This document shows, one piece after another, positions 29,429-40,431 of a stretch of 64,000 bases of DNA. Location of the stretch: contig JBLWGC010000173.1 in NCBI GenBank assembly GCA_048772705.1, positions 186,001 to 250,000 of the forward strand, written 5' to 3'. The stretch's first letter is position 1. The number at the start of each line of letters is the position of its first letter. The notes under the pieces are model-generated. The model was not told the DNA's origin. It searched no databases and was given only the letters and a program-made list of their open reading frames with translations. The DNA comes from Leidyana gryllorum EB-2025a. Lineage: Eukaryota; Protista; Apicomplexa. The position numbers and the translations under genes are program-made.

Positions 29429-29665
29429 AGTTTGATGAATCTTTGCCATTTAGATCTATTGTTTCTGCCGATGAGGATTTGATATTCCTTATCAGAGTTG
29501 ATGATTCTCCGTTTGCGAGTTCTATCGCACATCGTCCTCCTTCTGTAAGGATAAGTCCCGGTTCCTGCCCAAGAAATTCTTTAGCAGTCTCCACTGTTAC
29601 GTATGAATGCGATGCTCTTGTGCCGTATAAGGCCTGAATCTTAAATTTCCCAATTCGTACGTAGT
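29429..29665 (-). pseudogene. Decayed retroviral-type aspartic protease
   Basis: YVRIGKFKIQALYGTRASHSYV...IELANGE; GGC-ACA-AGA is two single-base changes from the catalytic D-T-G (GAC-ACA-GGA). Confidence 0.7.
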
Positions 29666-30037
29666 GGGAGGTGGATTAGCCGTCTGGTTGCGTCGGGCAG
29701 CCTGCCGGGTCACAGAACCGGGTATCGGTGCAACCTCAGGCGTCTGGTCGTCTTCCTCGTGCCGGCGACGCTGATTCCTGAGGGAGGTCGTAAGACCTTA
29801 CTCGGCCCGAGGCGCGGTTTTCGGTGGCATCTTAGTTTGGTGAGTGAGTCAGTCGGTTAGTTCACAGTCGCTACCCGCCTGTCCCTATCTTTCTCTAAGA
29901 ATGCTACGGTTCTAATTGTCGTCAGGTCCTGTCTCAGCAGCAGTGTGTCTGTTGTTGCAAAGACAACCCAGCAAAACGGGTCCATTCAATCTATGGAGGC
30001 ACATTCATCTCGGGCGTGTCTCGTCTGTGGTTTCTGG

Positions 30038-30745
30038 CTAGGACAGATCACGCAATTTTTGGTCGCTCGCCTTGCCTTGGGCTCCCTTTGGTCTGCCTCC
30101 TAACCGTTTCCAGCATTCCTCCCACTGGTGTCCCGGCTTTTTGCAGTAACTGCATACCGGTTTCTTGTCCTTGGACGGGGCTGCAGCCAGGGCTGAGATC
30201 CTGGCCTCCTCGGCGCCCTCTCTCTCTTCTGCCACCGTTATCAGTTCGTTTAAACTCATTTTGTGGACTCTGTGCCCCAAACGGTGACTGATGTGGCGAG
30301 GGAGGAAGCCGAGTAGGATGACTTTGGCCATCCCTTCTGGAATCCTAGCTGACGGGGGCAGGCACTGTCGCACGGCTGCACGATGTAATCCGTCTTTGAA
30401 GGTCATCGTGCGAGCTCTGGCTTGCCTTACGCTCTTCGCAGGCCCCCGCGCAGCTTCCAGCTGGGCTTGCAGTAGGTATGACTCTACTGTCCCTTCTCCG
30501 GGAAACCACAGTCCCATGAGCTGGTCTGCGACCTGCTCATAGCCTCCATCCAAGTCGTCCAGGTCTCTTTTCCTCCACATGGGGAGATGGGAACGGAGGT
30601 ATTGGAGCCTCATCTCCTCCGAGATGAGCCCCTTCGCCGACATGTGTTGCTCTAGTTGAGTCAACCACACGTCGGTCTCCAACGCCTCTGCTTCTGATGA
30701 CAGGTGTGGAAGGCCAGAGTCCCCAATGACAGCAGTTGTCGCCAT
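30038..30745 (-). CDS. Retrotransposon Gag-like protein with a CCHC zinc knuckle
   Basis: 235-aa uninterrupted frame; W...LE..M capsid-like start, ILLGFLP, CSYCKKPGHQWEEC. Confidence 0.85.
   Translation of the reverse strand: MATTAVIGDSGLPHLSSEAEALETDVWLTQLEQHMSAKGLISEEMRLQYLRSHLPMWRKRDLDDLDGGYEQVADQLMGLWFPGEGTVESYLLQAQLEAARGPAKSVRQARARTMTFKDGLHRAAVRQCLPPSARIPEGMAKVILLGFLPRHISHRLGHRVHKMSLNELITVAEEREGAEEARISALAAAPSKDKKPVCSYCKKPGHQWEECWKRLGGRPKGAQGKASDQKLRDLS
30732..30744 (-). promoter_or_regulatory. Putative primer-binding site complementary to a tRNA-Ser 3' end
   Basis: Minus strand TCAACA|TGGCGACAACTGC; the + strand GCAGTTGTCGCCA equals the 3' end of yeast-type tRNA-Ser(IGA) as I recall it. 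Confidence 0.7.
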
Positions 30746-30997
30746 GTTGACTGGTTCAAAGCGAGGATGACTAAGCTGACTGTGAGGCTGCCGGGATCGG
30801 GGTGCAATGTGTGTTCGTCTTGATAACATAACAAGAACACCAAATGACACCGGGGTGTGGCGATGCTCAACCCAAAAGAAAGCCTACCCAGTGTGGAAGC
30901 CGTGCAGCCTGCGGCTTCCACCAACCCGGTTCAACCGAAATGAATGGTACCGAACAATCGGTGCCACCGGACTGCCCATCTGCTTTCAGTGTACTGG

Positions 30998-31045
30998 GGT
31001 TATATCATTGACATACACCAGTACTCCATCCAGCAGTTGTCACCA
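30998..31045 (-). pseudogene. Second PBS copy abutting a reverse-transcriptase YxDD-like remnant
   Basis: TCAACA|TGGTGACAACTGCTG repeats the 30730-30750 sequence (20/21 nt) and runs into QLLDGVLVYVNDI. Confidence 0.5.
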
Positions 31046-31810
31046 TGTTGATCGACGAGAGAGCTGAGATGTATACCAACTAAGCGGTGCTGATGGAACC
31101 ATTGCTCCTTCGTGTGGTTGCATTGCGGTGTAAGAGTAAAGTATGCAACAAACTGCATCATTCAAGGACAGACGTCGGTATATGGCCCCAGAGGCGTCTA
31201 GAAGACCCTAATGCTGGCGGGTAGCGCCACCAGGAGGCACGCCAAAGGCGGTCGCTGGACAATATACCGCTCAGTCCTTTACTAAAAATGTCTGGAACGG
31301 CGCAATACTTTAGATGACGAGGGTTGCTTAATGAAGCAGAACGTGCGTTGTCGACGATTCTTATGGGGAAGTGCCGTGTAACTGACTGATTGAATTAGCG
31401 CGAAATGACAACCTCGCCTGGTGGATCGGTCGCCGACCCGACGGCGTACGCCGCCCCAGCGATCTTCACGACCGCAGGCGTGATTCCCCCAAGCCCAGCT
31501 AGTTCTGCCCGTGCCCGACTCGGGGGTTTAGGTTAGCTTCCATTGTCTGCCCGATTAGAGAGAGCATTGTGCTGCGCGTGTGACGATAACTGACTGAGTA
31601 CTCGCGCTCGGCAGTAAGGTCGCTGTCGCGTTCACGGGCTCCCCCTGTTGAAGTTCGAAATTTATGATACTGCTGTTTGCCCGAGTGTACTCATCTCCTC
31701 GACGGCGCGCGCGCGCGTTGGGCAGAAGGGGGCCATTTGGGGTCCGTGGACACCAATGGTACGAAGGGCCCGTTCTAATGGGTTTGTGATCATTATTGCT
31801 GTGTGGTCGA

Positions 31811-32546
31811 TCAGCTTTTGCAGTAAGGTATGATGCAGCTGTTCCAATGAAGTGCAGTCCTTAACGATACACAGCTCTGTCGGCTCAGTCTACAGCGCGG
31901 AAAGACGAGCTGTGCTGATGTGCTCATATTTGGGCACTTGATGTCAAGACTTCGTCGCAGTCCGCGGCACCATCGGTCAAGCGTACGTATGGAACGGAAA
32001 TCGAGTCCCAGCGCAGAGTACTCAGGCTCCCCTGTAGTACATCGGTGAGGGGGCACTGGGGATTGCCGCCTTCTCTGCCGACTGGTGCGGAGACATTTCC
32101 GGGACGGCGGGGGGTGGAAGCGGTGGTCCAGCCTCGTGTGCCGCCAGCCGTTGATTCATCTCACTCTCCCAGTCATTCTGTCGCTGGGAGAGCTGTTGGG
32201 ATAATTCCTCACAATGTTGGGATAATTGTTCAGAAAGTTGTTTGAAGAGCTGTTGCATCTCCCGTTTCAAGTCTTGACGGAGATCTTGGATCAGCTCAGA
32301 GAGTGTGCGACCTTCTGGTGCTTCCCTCACCGTGTAGTATTGTTCATCCTGTGATCCGACAGAGGTGTTGTCGTCATAATCAAAGCTGTCGTGAGAGTCA
32401 CAGTCACGGGACCGAACGTCGCCGGTCTCAGTCGGCCTTGGGACCCCACCCGCGTCGACTTGCCTCCTTCCTTCGCCTCCGACCAGCCGAACAGGTTTGC
32501 GTCCGCGCGTCGATGTCACTCGAAACTTCTTTCCTTTCGTCGCCAT
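31811..32546 (-). pseudogene. Frameshifted Gag-like ORF (coiled-coil N-terminus) of another retroelement
   Basis: Starts at GTGACA|TGGCGACGA; heptad Q/L-rich helix, then continues in another frame (TLDRWCRGLRRSL). Confidence 0.5.
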
Positions 32547-33040
32547 GTCACCGAGAAGGGTGGTGAGTTGTGTGGGTGTTGAGCTCTCTCATGTCTACTG
32601 GGAGACGCCCTCTCCCGTCTGCTGCGGGTCTGGATGTGGGAGGAATGTCACTCACAGCCCGGCCGGCCCAGTCAGTCGACCGGCATGTCGAAGTGCATCG
32701 AGTATTCCAACAACGAGCTGAGATCCGAGAGACAGCGTCTACGGAAGCCCTGTGAACCCGATGATGGCTCTTTGGATATTTGCTGTCGTAGACGTTGAGA
32801 ACAGAATCACCCATATGGCCCGCCGCACCCAACCCAATAAAGTCGAATGTTAGGGAGACCAACAGCAACGTGAATCTACAAAAGGCCCATCCGCAGCTTG
32901 TAGCAGATCTCCGAGCGGCGTGACCACCTCGTTTATGCCTTCGATTCTCAATAGTAATCGCTTCTCACTCAGACTCCGAGGCCGGGAGCTCTCCACAGCT
33001 TCACAACGCTCTCGACTCAACCAGACGACCACTGGTGTGC

Positions 33041-33125
33041 AGCAATTACTGCACTTAGCGGCGCAATTACTGCACTTAGCGGAGCAATGACTGCACTGAG
33101 CGGAGCACTTACTGCACTTAAGCGG
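33041..33125. repeat. 21-bp tandem repeat, about 4 copies (gcaattactgcacttagcggc)
   Basis: Seen directly. Confidence 0.9.
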
Positions 33126-33473
33126 ACCCGTCGTGAATCGATTCACCCATGGATTGCCGGCATTGGTGAGATTCTTTATCCACGTCTGCTCGAGTCTTCA
33201 GCCCGTCTACCCTCACCAATGGCCAGGATCTCCTCCCTTGGCCGGACATCCATTGTTGTTTCCACGGCGAGCTGCCTGTGTCATTGCCGGCACTTTGCAG
33301 CGTCGTCAGGCGTCGGAACTCCCGTTGGCGGACGGTTCTTACCCATCTCACGTCAGCATAGAGATAGTTTGTCTGTATGTGGGATGTGGGATGTGTGATT
33401 TGAAGGGAGTTATGTGTTCTGATGTGGGAGTCTACGACAGGGGAGACAGAGACGGAAGCTAAATTCGTTACGG

Positions 33474-34314
33474 TTGTACTGGTCGCAAATGCGTTGGATC
33501 AAGCCATTGTGGCGGGGAGGAGTTATTACCTTTATGTTCGAGACAATCTTTGGTTACACATGGCTCCAGTACAACTCGCTTCAAGAGAATGCCCCGGTCG
33601 GGACCGAAGCGATAATTGAGAAGGTATTTGACATTATCGCGATTTTCCTGACGATCACTGTCAGCCGGATGTGAGTTGGATGGTGATCTGATCGAAACTA
33701 AGCGCTCTGTAGTGTAGTCAAGTTGATCTTTTCTCGCCGCAATCGATGCGATACCGAGGCCAGCGTGCAATTCATTCGCGAGGAAATCGGAAGAGTCAGG
33801 GCGCTGGTGCAAAGACTCGATCAGGAGACTGCGGCAGTGGAGAGGATGCGGAATGCGGCGGCGGCGGCGGCAAATGCGGCTGCGAATATGGCTAATACTG
33901 CTGCGGGACCGAGTGCATCGCAAAACTCTGCGGCTCCGAGTGCCTCTGCCGTGGCATCGACATCGACAACGGCGACTGCAGCAGCAGCGACAACGGCAAC
34001 CGAAGCTGCTGCGGCGCCGACAACAACGACTGCAGGATCGGCTGCCGCGGCAGCGACAACGGCAACTGAAGCTTCGACAACAACTGAAGCTGCGGCACCA
34101 ACAATGGCGACTGCAGCCTCGGCTGCGTCGACTCCCCCAGCGAGTGCATCGAGATCTTCTTATGCAGCACCGTTTGCAGAACAGCCAAAGATCAGACCGG
34201 GGGGAAGTGACGCCCAAACAGCTGGAAGCGTGGGAGAAGGAGGATAATTTTGGCTTAAGAAGCTTGTGCCTTTCTCCATGGATATCTATGCTGACCGTGT
34301 TCGGCGGAGGCTGA
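33474..34314 (+). CDS. Hypothetical protein with Ala/Thr-rich mucin-like repeats (possibly frameshifted)
   Basis: Hydrophobic exon 33474-33674, coiled coil, then ATTATEAAA-type repeats; G6 run at 34199-34204 where the frame may switch. Confidence 0.4.
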
Positions 34315-34724
34315 ATCTGGCTTAGCCGATGATGGGCTACAAACGACAGCTGTACACCTGACACACATTGTGGGCGAACATTGGTGCGGCGAGCGATGCT
34401 CAGGCACCCGAAGTGCTCATTGGATGATAGGTAGATTTTTTATAACCTACTGCAAATGTAGTTGTCTGTGCGTCCAATTGACCCCCATCAAGACGGCGCT
34501 GGCCTTCCGTGACGAGGACACTCGTGGGCATCGGACGTGTCGTGACGTTGTCCCCAGGTGTCTCGTGACTCTGTCGGCGCCCCACAATTCGTTTGAGCGA
34601 CTGTTGGCAAATGTTCTGCAGCTGTGTGGCTGTGGGAGCTCATCCGGCGGCACGTCTGAGGGTAAGGGTGTGGTGCATCCTCGGAAGACATCTTTGCATG
34701 GGGAGAGATTGTTGACAGTACCCA

Positions 34725-35645
34725 ATGCCTCGTGCAGTGAACAAACGGATACCCCCTTTACCCTCCAAGTATCATTGGCTCATATTTAATGGCAAAGCAG
34801 TTCGCAATTCGTGGTACTATGTGTCGAAATTCAGGCTCGCACGGGTGATATTGGGGATACGATGTTCGGGCGTCTTGGATCGCTTGTTCCAGACGACGTT
34901 TCGAGAGTTCCCGACCAACGAGACTGCTCTCATTGGTCGAATGCTGAGTGACGGCAGAACGCTGATTCTCTGCTGTGACTGGGAGACGGCCAGATGGTCT
35001 CCAGCGGCGCTGCGTATGGCTTTCTTTGCCATCTCCATCTCAAACACCATCTTGGTGGGTGAATGGAACATCAACAGCAATATGGCACACCACCTCTTCG
35101 ATCGGAAGAACGATTGGCAATACGTATCCCTCCCTAAGAAGAGACTGATGACTGTGCCATCCATCTTGGAGCTCGAAAAGAGACCCAAAGTACCAGCTGA
35201 GCATAGTGTGCACGCTTCGGCCTTCGTGCACGAGGTCCAGCGTATACTCCCACAAGTCGAAGTCGAGTCCAACAACTCTGCAGTCAGCAACACTCGCTTG
35301 CGCAGATGGATGGAGACGTCGGAATGGGATCCACTTTTGATCCGTCTGCGTGAATTGTGAGTACATCGGGAGGCCTTGAGCTCCATTTCTCCTTTTTCCT
35401 TCAGCGTTGAGAGGCCGCCTCGGTGGGGAATGTTTGAGCAGACCATCAGTATCCGCGCGAATCGAAGGGTAATCTGCCGTGCTGTGTCCTTCTGGACGAA
35501 GCTGATGCGAAACGCGTGTTTGGCTCAAGGATGGCATCCCGACATATCGCTGCTTGTCGAACTCCTCCCACGGAGATTCAATAGTCGTACGTCGTTCGCT
35601 TTCTTCCCCAAAGAGATAATCGCTCGCTCTCTTCTCAGCCACTGA
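34725..35645 (+). CDS. Hypothetical protein (2 exons)
   Basis: 211-aa ORF ending at a GTGAGT donor, a pyrimidine-rich acceptor at about 35404, then a second exon. Confidence 0.55.
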
Positions 35646-35685
35646 CGAACGCCCTGTCGATGACGATTACTTTGTCCAAGAGGAG

Positions 35686-36636
35686 ATGACGCCTCAGGCG
35701 ATCCCCGATGACTTTTGCACTCCTCCGCCTCCAGGTGGTCTGGAATACCCGAGTCAAGAGTTCCTCAGCGCTCCAGAGTACGACGATGATGCGTCAGGTG
35801 ATGAGAAGGGCTCCAAACGGGAGAAAGAGCGACGGAGTTCTCTACCGGTGCCGTTACATCCGCGAGACGGTAATGAGGAAAAAGGGAGTCGGCCTGAGTT
35901 CGAAGTCCGGGTCCAAAATGCGTCGCGTTTACAAAGCGTCCAGGAGCCCCTGTCGGCTGCCCTCACAGCCAAAGGATATTTGTCAGAGCCCTTACCGTCC
36001 TTCAATTTAGACCCGAGTGCAGTGGAGTCGTCAGCATCGCGGGGAGGGGCGGATCTGTCAAGTTTGGCCGCACCATCGTCAATGCACAGTGCCATGCGTA
36101 GTGTGTCGAGCGATTCGCGTAAGCATCATCGGCCGTCAGGTGGGGTACAGGGCTCGGGGGCAGGAGAGGAGGGGACTCCTCGGCCCGAAGGGTTGGTGGG
36201 AGGCGAGAGCGAGGGTAGCACGGCTCTGGGGCGAACCATTTCCGATCGTTTCCAGTGGGGTCCGGACTTTATAGATGTTAGCAGTCCTCTGGCCAGCATG
36301 GTGCCTTGGATCATCAATTTTCCACAGAAAGCGGCAGGAGATGAGGGGAGGGGAAAGGGCAAAGATAAACGACAGCGAGCGCGGAGCCAAGATGCTGTGC
36401 AGATGCCTCCGCAGAGAATATTTGACCAGTTGGCATTGGAGTCTCGAAGTGGGCTGGACAGTGTGCAACGGATGTTGAGATATTATCGCGCGACTGAAGC
36501 TCTGCCAGAAGGGCGACGTAAGGTTGAGGCGCGAAAGGATATATTGCGGAGATTACATCTACTATATGAGCCCTTGCAGAACATTTTGAGCCAAATGGGT
36601 CAACTTGAAAGAGAGTTACATCACACTACAGTCTGA
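35686..36636 (+). CDS. Hypothetical protein, disordered with a C-terminal helical/coiled-coil segment
   Basis: 316-aa ATG-initiated ORF. Confidence 0.55.
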   Translation: MTPQAIPDDFCTPPPPGGLEYPSQEFLSAPEYDDDASGDEKGSKREKERRSSLPVPLHPRDGNEEKGSRPEFEVRVQNASRLQSVQEPLSAALTAKGYLSEPLPSFNLDPSAVESSASRGGADLSSLAAPSSMHSAMRSVSSDSRKHHRPSGGVQGSGAGEEGTPRPEGLVGGESEGSTALGRTISDRFQWGPDFIDVSSPLASMVPWIINFPQKAAGDEGRGKGKDKRQRARSQDAVQMPPQRIFDQLALESRSGLDSVQRMLRYYRATEALPEGRRKVEARKDILRRLHLLYEPLQNILSQMGQLERELHHTTV

Positions 36637-36744
36637 TCGGCGAACTGTTTATATTTGTGAGCGGCGGGGGGTGCCGCAAACTCGGGCACAGCACCCAGCT
36701 GCAGGCAATAAGGGCTGTGGTTCAGATGGAAAATTGAGCAACGG

Positions 36745-37323
36745 TCACACCTGACAACATGAGGGATCCAGATCTGACAGTCTAGTGCTGTTAGGCAAAG
36801 CAGCGGCGTCAGTAGTCTCGGTCTTCATGCATCGACAGTAGCTGGAAGGACTTGTGTTGGCAAGGGGTTGAACAATCTCGCTGTCACCTGGTGGTGGCGA
36901 GGCTGAGGCATGGGTGTTGCTCTTTGACGAGAGACGCGCGCCGAAGAGAGCATATCCGCATGCGAGGCCGGCCATACAAACCAGGAAGATTCCAACATTG
37001 AATGTCATAACCACCAACATCAACGCATAGTCCCAAGAGTAGCTACAAAAAGCTGATAGAGCGCGAATTGCACTGGCGACATATATGTTCTTCCCTTGAA
37101 TTAATCCCGATCTCTCAATTTTGCCTCGTAATACTTTCAAATAAATGGCCAGAATCCCCGCACAAAATATCGCAATGAGACTCCCAGCATAAGCACCACG
37201 AGTCTTTGTTGCCCAGCCAGAGAACAATATCGTCGCCTGGTAACTGTTCACAAACGACATTTGCATCCCCATCATCATACTATGATCGTGATCACCTTCT
37301 GCATGGTCGTGATCTCCGTCCAT
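36745..37323 (-). CDS. Ctr-family high-affinity copper transporter
   Basis: His/Met-rich N-terminus (HDHSMMMGMQMSF), ILFSGW, DYALMLVVMTFN (MxxxM), GLACG, C-terminal CC. Confidence 0.95.
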   Translation of the reverse strand: MDGDHDHAEGDHDHSMMMGMQMSFVNSYQATILFSGWATKTRGAYAGSLIAIFCAGILAIYLKVLRGKIERSGLIQGKNIYVASAIRALSAFCSYSWDYALMLVVMTFNVGIFLVCMAGLACGYALFGARLSSKSNTHASASPPPGDSEIVQPLANTSPSSYCRCMKTETTDAAALPNSTRLSDLDPSCCQV

Positions 37324-37348
37324 TCTCCAAACAGATTTTTACCAGAAA

Positions 37349-37939
37349 ATGTCCTCACCGCCAATCTGCTCCCAACAAAGCACCAAATCCGAAACTTGGA
37401 TTGGATTCTACGGTTTTGTTTCCTGGATTGCCTCCTTTGTTGTCTACGGTAAGGAACTGCCCATCCACGAGAGAAAAGGAGGAGAGTTGCCCGCAACGGT
37501 AACTGGTCTTCAACCCAAAATTGAATATCACCACACACAGGTACCTACTTAATATGGGCATTTGCGGCCGACTCCTGGCTGGAGCGGATGGGCATAACTC
37601 ACTATCCTAACAAGTATTGGGCTCCCACTATTCCGCTATTCTTCATGGTTTGCACATTTGCCTATGCTTTCATGGTCCACTTCTCCTCCCTTCTCCAAGT
37701 ACCAGACATACGGTCACCGGATTATATAGTAGGTGAGAGGCCCTTCTCTACAATGTACTAAGTGGTCCATACAATACACAATCATCATCGCAGACCCATT
37801 CACTCGATATCACAAACCACGAGGGGAAAGTGCCGAAGGCGCTCTACCTAGACCTGCCGACATACCCCTCAATGTGGTCAACCAGTTTCTCTACAGAACC
37901 AACACCCCGGCGGCGGGAGGAAGGCCCAGTCTGGACTAG
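37349..37939 (+). CDS. PIGP: GPI-GlcNAc transferase subunit P (PIG-P/Gpi19), 3 exons
   Basis: Spliced translation FYGFVSWIASFVVY-GTYLIWAFAADSWLERMGITHYPNKYWAPTIP...DPF...DIPLNVVNQFLY; middle exon is absent from the ORF track. Confidence 0.9.
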
Positions 37940-37967
37940 ATAGCTAAGCTAACCAAACCCAAACCTC

Positions 37968-40261
37968 TCAATCACCCTCTTGGGTGTCAGACTCCGAGTC
38001 AGACGAGCCCGCGTCGATGTTACCTGATTTCAAAACAGTCTCCAAGTCTGCACACACGTGCGACTTACCAATCATCTGCTGAATAAGCGACGGCTGGTCG
38101 TCCAAGGCCAAGTCGTCAGGATGCACAAACACCTTCCGATTCACCTCGGATTCGAGCTTGGCTGGAGGGCAAGGGGATGAATCCGCCACCTAATCAATCA
38201 CAAAAACTTACCGGTGAACTCGGCCATGGCCGCAGTGTCGGCACCAAAGTAGGAATCACAATGACCGCGGATGTGCAGTTTCCGGAGTCCGGGCTCGCGA
38301 ACTGGGAACTGTACTTCTAACTCAAACTCCCGCTCGGGCGACTTCGAGGTCTGGAAATTCAACAACTGACCGTTGCGGGTATCAGTCACAAAGAAGAACC
38401 ACTCTTCGTGCTTAGTCTTGGGATAATACGGCGCATGAATCTCCCCTTGCGCTTCATCCGCCTGCAGCAGTGACAGGTTTGAGGTGGCACTCAAGTGCGT
38501 TGCTTCCCGACTGACCTTGAGATGTTTCCGCTCACATTTGATGGTGCAGGTGGCAATGTCGCCTGCGCAGATCTCTGCCTCGTCAGGAGTGGCCACGGAG
38601 ACTGTGAGATGCATATCGGGAACTTGATGGAGCAGCTCCTCGAGGTCGTGCTGAGCGAAGTTCGATTTGAACCAACGGAAGAGAAGGCAGTGAAACTTAC
38701 GATCTGGTCTGGAGTGAAACCAGCCAAGGCCTTCGCTTTGTGGTCGAGGGCTCCCTTGAGATATCCCCGAAGTAACGCCATCTTGTTCTGGATGCTGTTG
38801 GGAGGCACTTCAGTCTGAATGGTTTTGCAGTTCTGCTCGGTAACATGAGGCAATTGTAGCAGTGGACTCTTGTCCACGTCAAGAGCCTGCAGGAGAGCCC
38901 TGCGGAGTCCCAGGACGGCATTGATGGTGGTGTGCCAGTTGTTGAGCACAGCAATATCAATCATGCTCTTTGTCATCGGAATAGCTTGCCTACATTATCA
39001 GGTTCGGGTGTGAAAGCGGGGAGAGAGAGAGTCATGGGCTTACTGCAAGATGGTGTTGAGATCGGCTTTGAGATTGGCGGAGAGATGGTCTGTTTGCCTC
39101 TGCATATGTGCGAAGATGAGCATCATATTCTTCCTGACGCTTGCCAGCTTGGGCGCTCCAAGCACTTTGGGGTCGGGCATCTTGATTTTATCAGTCAACA
39201 CCGCCAAATCCGCTTCATCAGTGGGCCGCATTGGCATTGAGCGACACTCTGAACTAGAAGCAATCAGCACCACAAGCTGATGAGGCATAATATTCTCCTT
39301 CATGAATCCAGCAAAGTAGCGGACAGTGTCAACCTTCAGTCCACTGGGCGAATATTCGCGGATCCTTTGATAGTAAGAAATGAACAACGCCGGGACAACG
39401 ATGAGAAGGAATATACAAAACACCGCCATTATGAAGATTTGAGAATTCTCTCCGATCAAGAAGCTCGGGAGACCAATCCCTACTTTCATCATACCCGGGC
39501 CGTCAGGATTGCCATACTTCTCAAAGTTCTTGCGAGCATTCTGCAGGCAAAGGGGTAATTGGGTGTCCACAGGGTGAATGGGAGCGGCAACGGGGGGCAA
39601 TGAAGGGGCAATGAAGGGACAATGAAGAGGCAACGGGGGGCAATGAAGGGGCAATGAATTTGAATCGAATCAGAGGCAGAATTCATATCAGAAGGATACC
39701 CACCTCATCGGTGAGCGTATGGTACGCTTTGGCAATGAGTAAGAATTTGGCTGCCGAGGCGGGGTCATTCTTGTTCTTGTCTGGATGGTACTTGAGAGAC
39801 ATCGTTCTGAAGGCTTTCTTGATCTGTTTCTCGGTGGCCTCCATAGATATCTGGAGAACGTCGTACGGATCAAAGGAGGCCATTGTCTTCATTGCAGTGA
39901 GTGATGTGAAGCATAAGTACAGGAACAGGGCCCATCCACAGATGAGGGTGAGACCGAGAGGCAGGTTGGCCTTCACTCTCGCCCACAGCGGCGTCTCACG
40001 TGCCATCCTGTCTCGTTTGGCGGCGCACAGGGAACAGCCACATTTATGGAGCTTCGCGCCTGACGGGGCACAGACAGGTCTGCTGGAGTGGCCACTGGTG
40101 CCTGGAACATCAGCCTTGAGGACTCGATTGCGCACAAACCACACAGTGGTTGGTGCCAAAGTTACGAAGAGCGCTGTGGAGGCAAAGTAGTAGAAGGCTC
40201 CATCATCATACTCTAAGACAGACTGTTTATCCTCCTTGGTGAAAGTCTCCTTGAACGACAT
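37968..40261 (-). CDS. SEC63: Translocon subunit Sec63 (J domain plus Sec63 domain), multi-exon
   Basis: LEYDDGAFYYF, FDPYDVLQI, KYHPDKN, EKYGNPDGP, IGLPSF, LLQLPH, HAPYYP..KHEEW, CDSYFGAD. Confidence 0.95.
39591..39658. repeat. ~11-bp tandem repeat (ggggcaatgaa) in a Sec63 intron
   Basis: Seen directly, about 6 imperfect copies. Confidence 0.85.
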
Positions 40262-40431
40262 CTAGGAGGACAACACCACCAAAAGAAAACGTCCCAAACT
40301 AACTACGTATGGGTGACTTTAGCACTTGGGGCTTTAGCAAGCGTCAATGACCAGCTGAGGGTGTTGAGTCCCACATTGACCGTTTTCTGGGCTTTTTGAG
40401 ATGTCTGTGGGTGCTGCATGTAGGGCAGGCA

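Larger units (their letters stand above)
28260..33440 (-). mobile_element. Island of nested, degenerate LTR retrotransposon remnants (probably Ty3/Gypsy-like)
   Basis: gag with CCHC knuckle, decayed retropepsin, RT-like YxDD remnant, three CA|TGG(C/T)GAC junctions, fragmented ORFs, no recognisable host genes; boundaries approximate. Confidence 0.75.

Noticed and set aside
30732-30744. tRNA gene
   Set aside because: Only a 13-nt 3'-end match including CCA, with no cloverleaf upstream; better explained as a PBS
33041-33125. CRISPR-like array
   Set aside because: Contiguous tandem units with no unique spacers, no cas genes, eukaryotic context
28260-33440. A single intact LTR element or a TIR DNA transposon
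   Set aside because: I found no paired LTRs, target-site duplication, intact pol or transposase; the inverted matches are only 10-13 bp
33468-34364. Cys/Arg-rich 298-aa minus-strand ORF and Arg/Gln-rich 33853 ORF
   Set aside because: Alternative readings of the GCN/ACN repeat encoding the Ala/Thr-rich protein
37324-37967. Long copper-responsive promoter (GTAC cores) upstream of the Ctr gene
   Set aside because: The interval is occupied by the three-exon PIG-P gene
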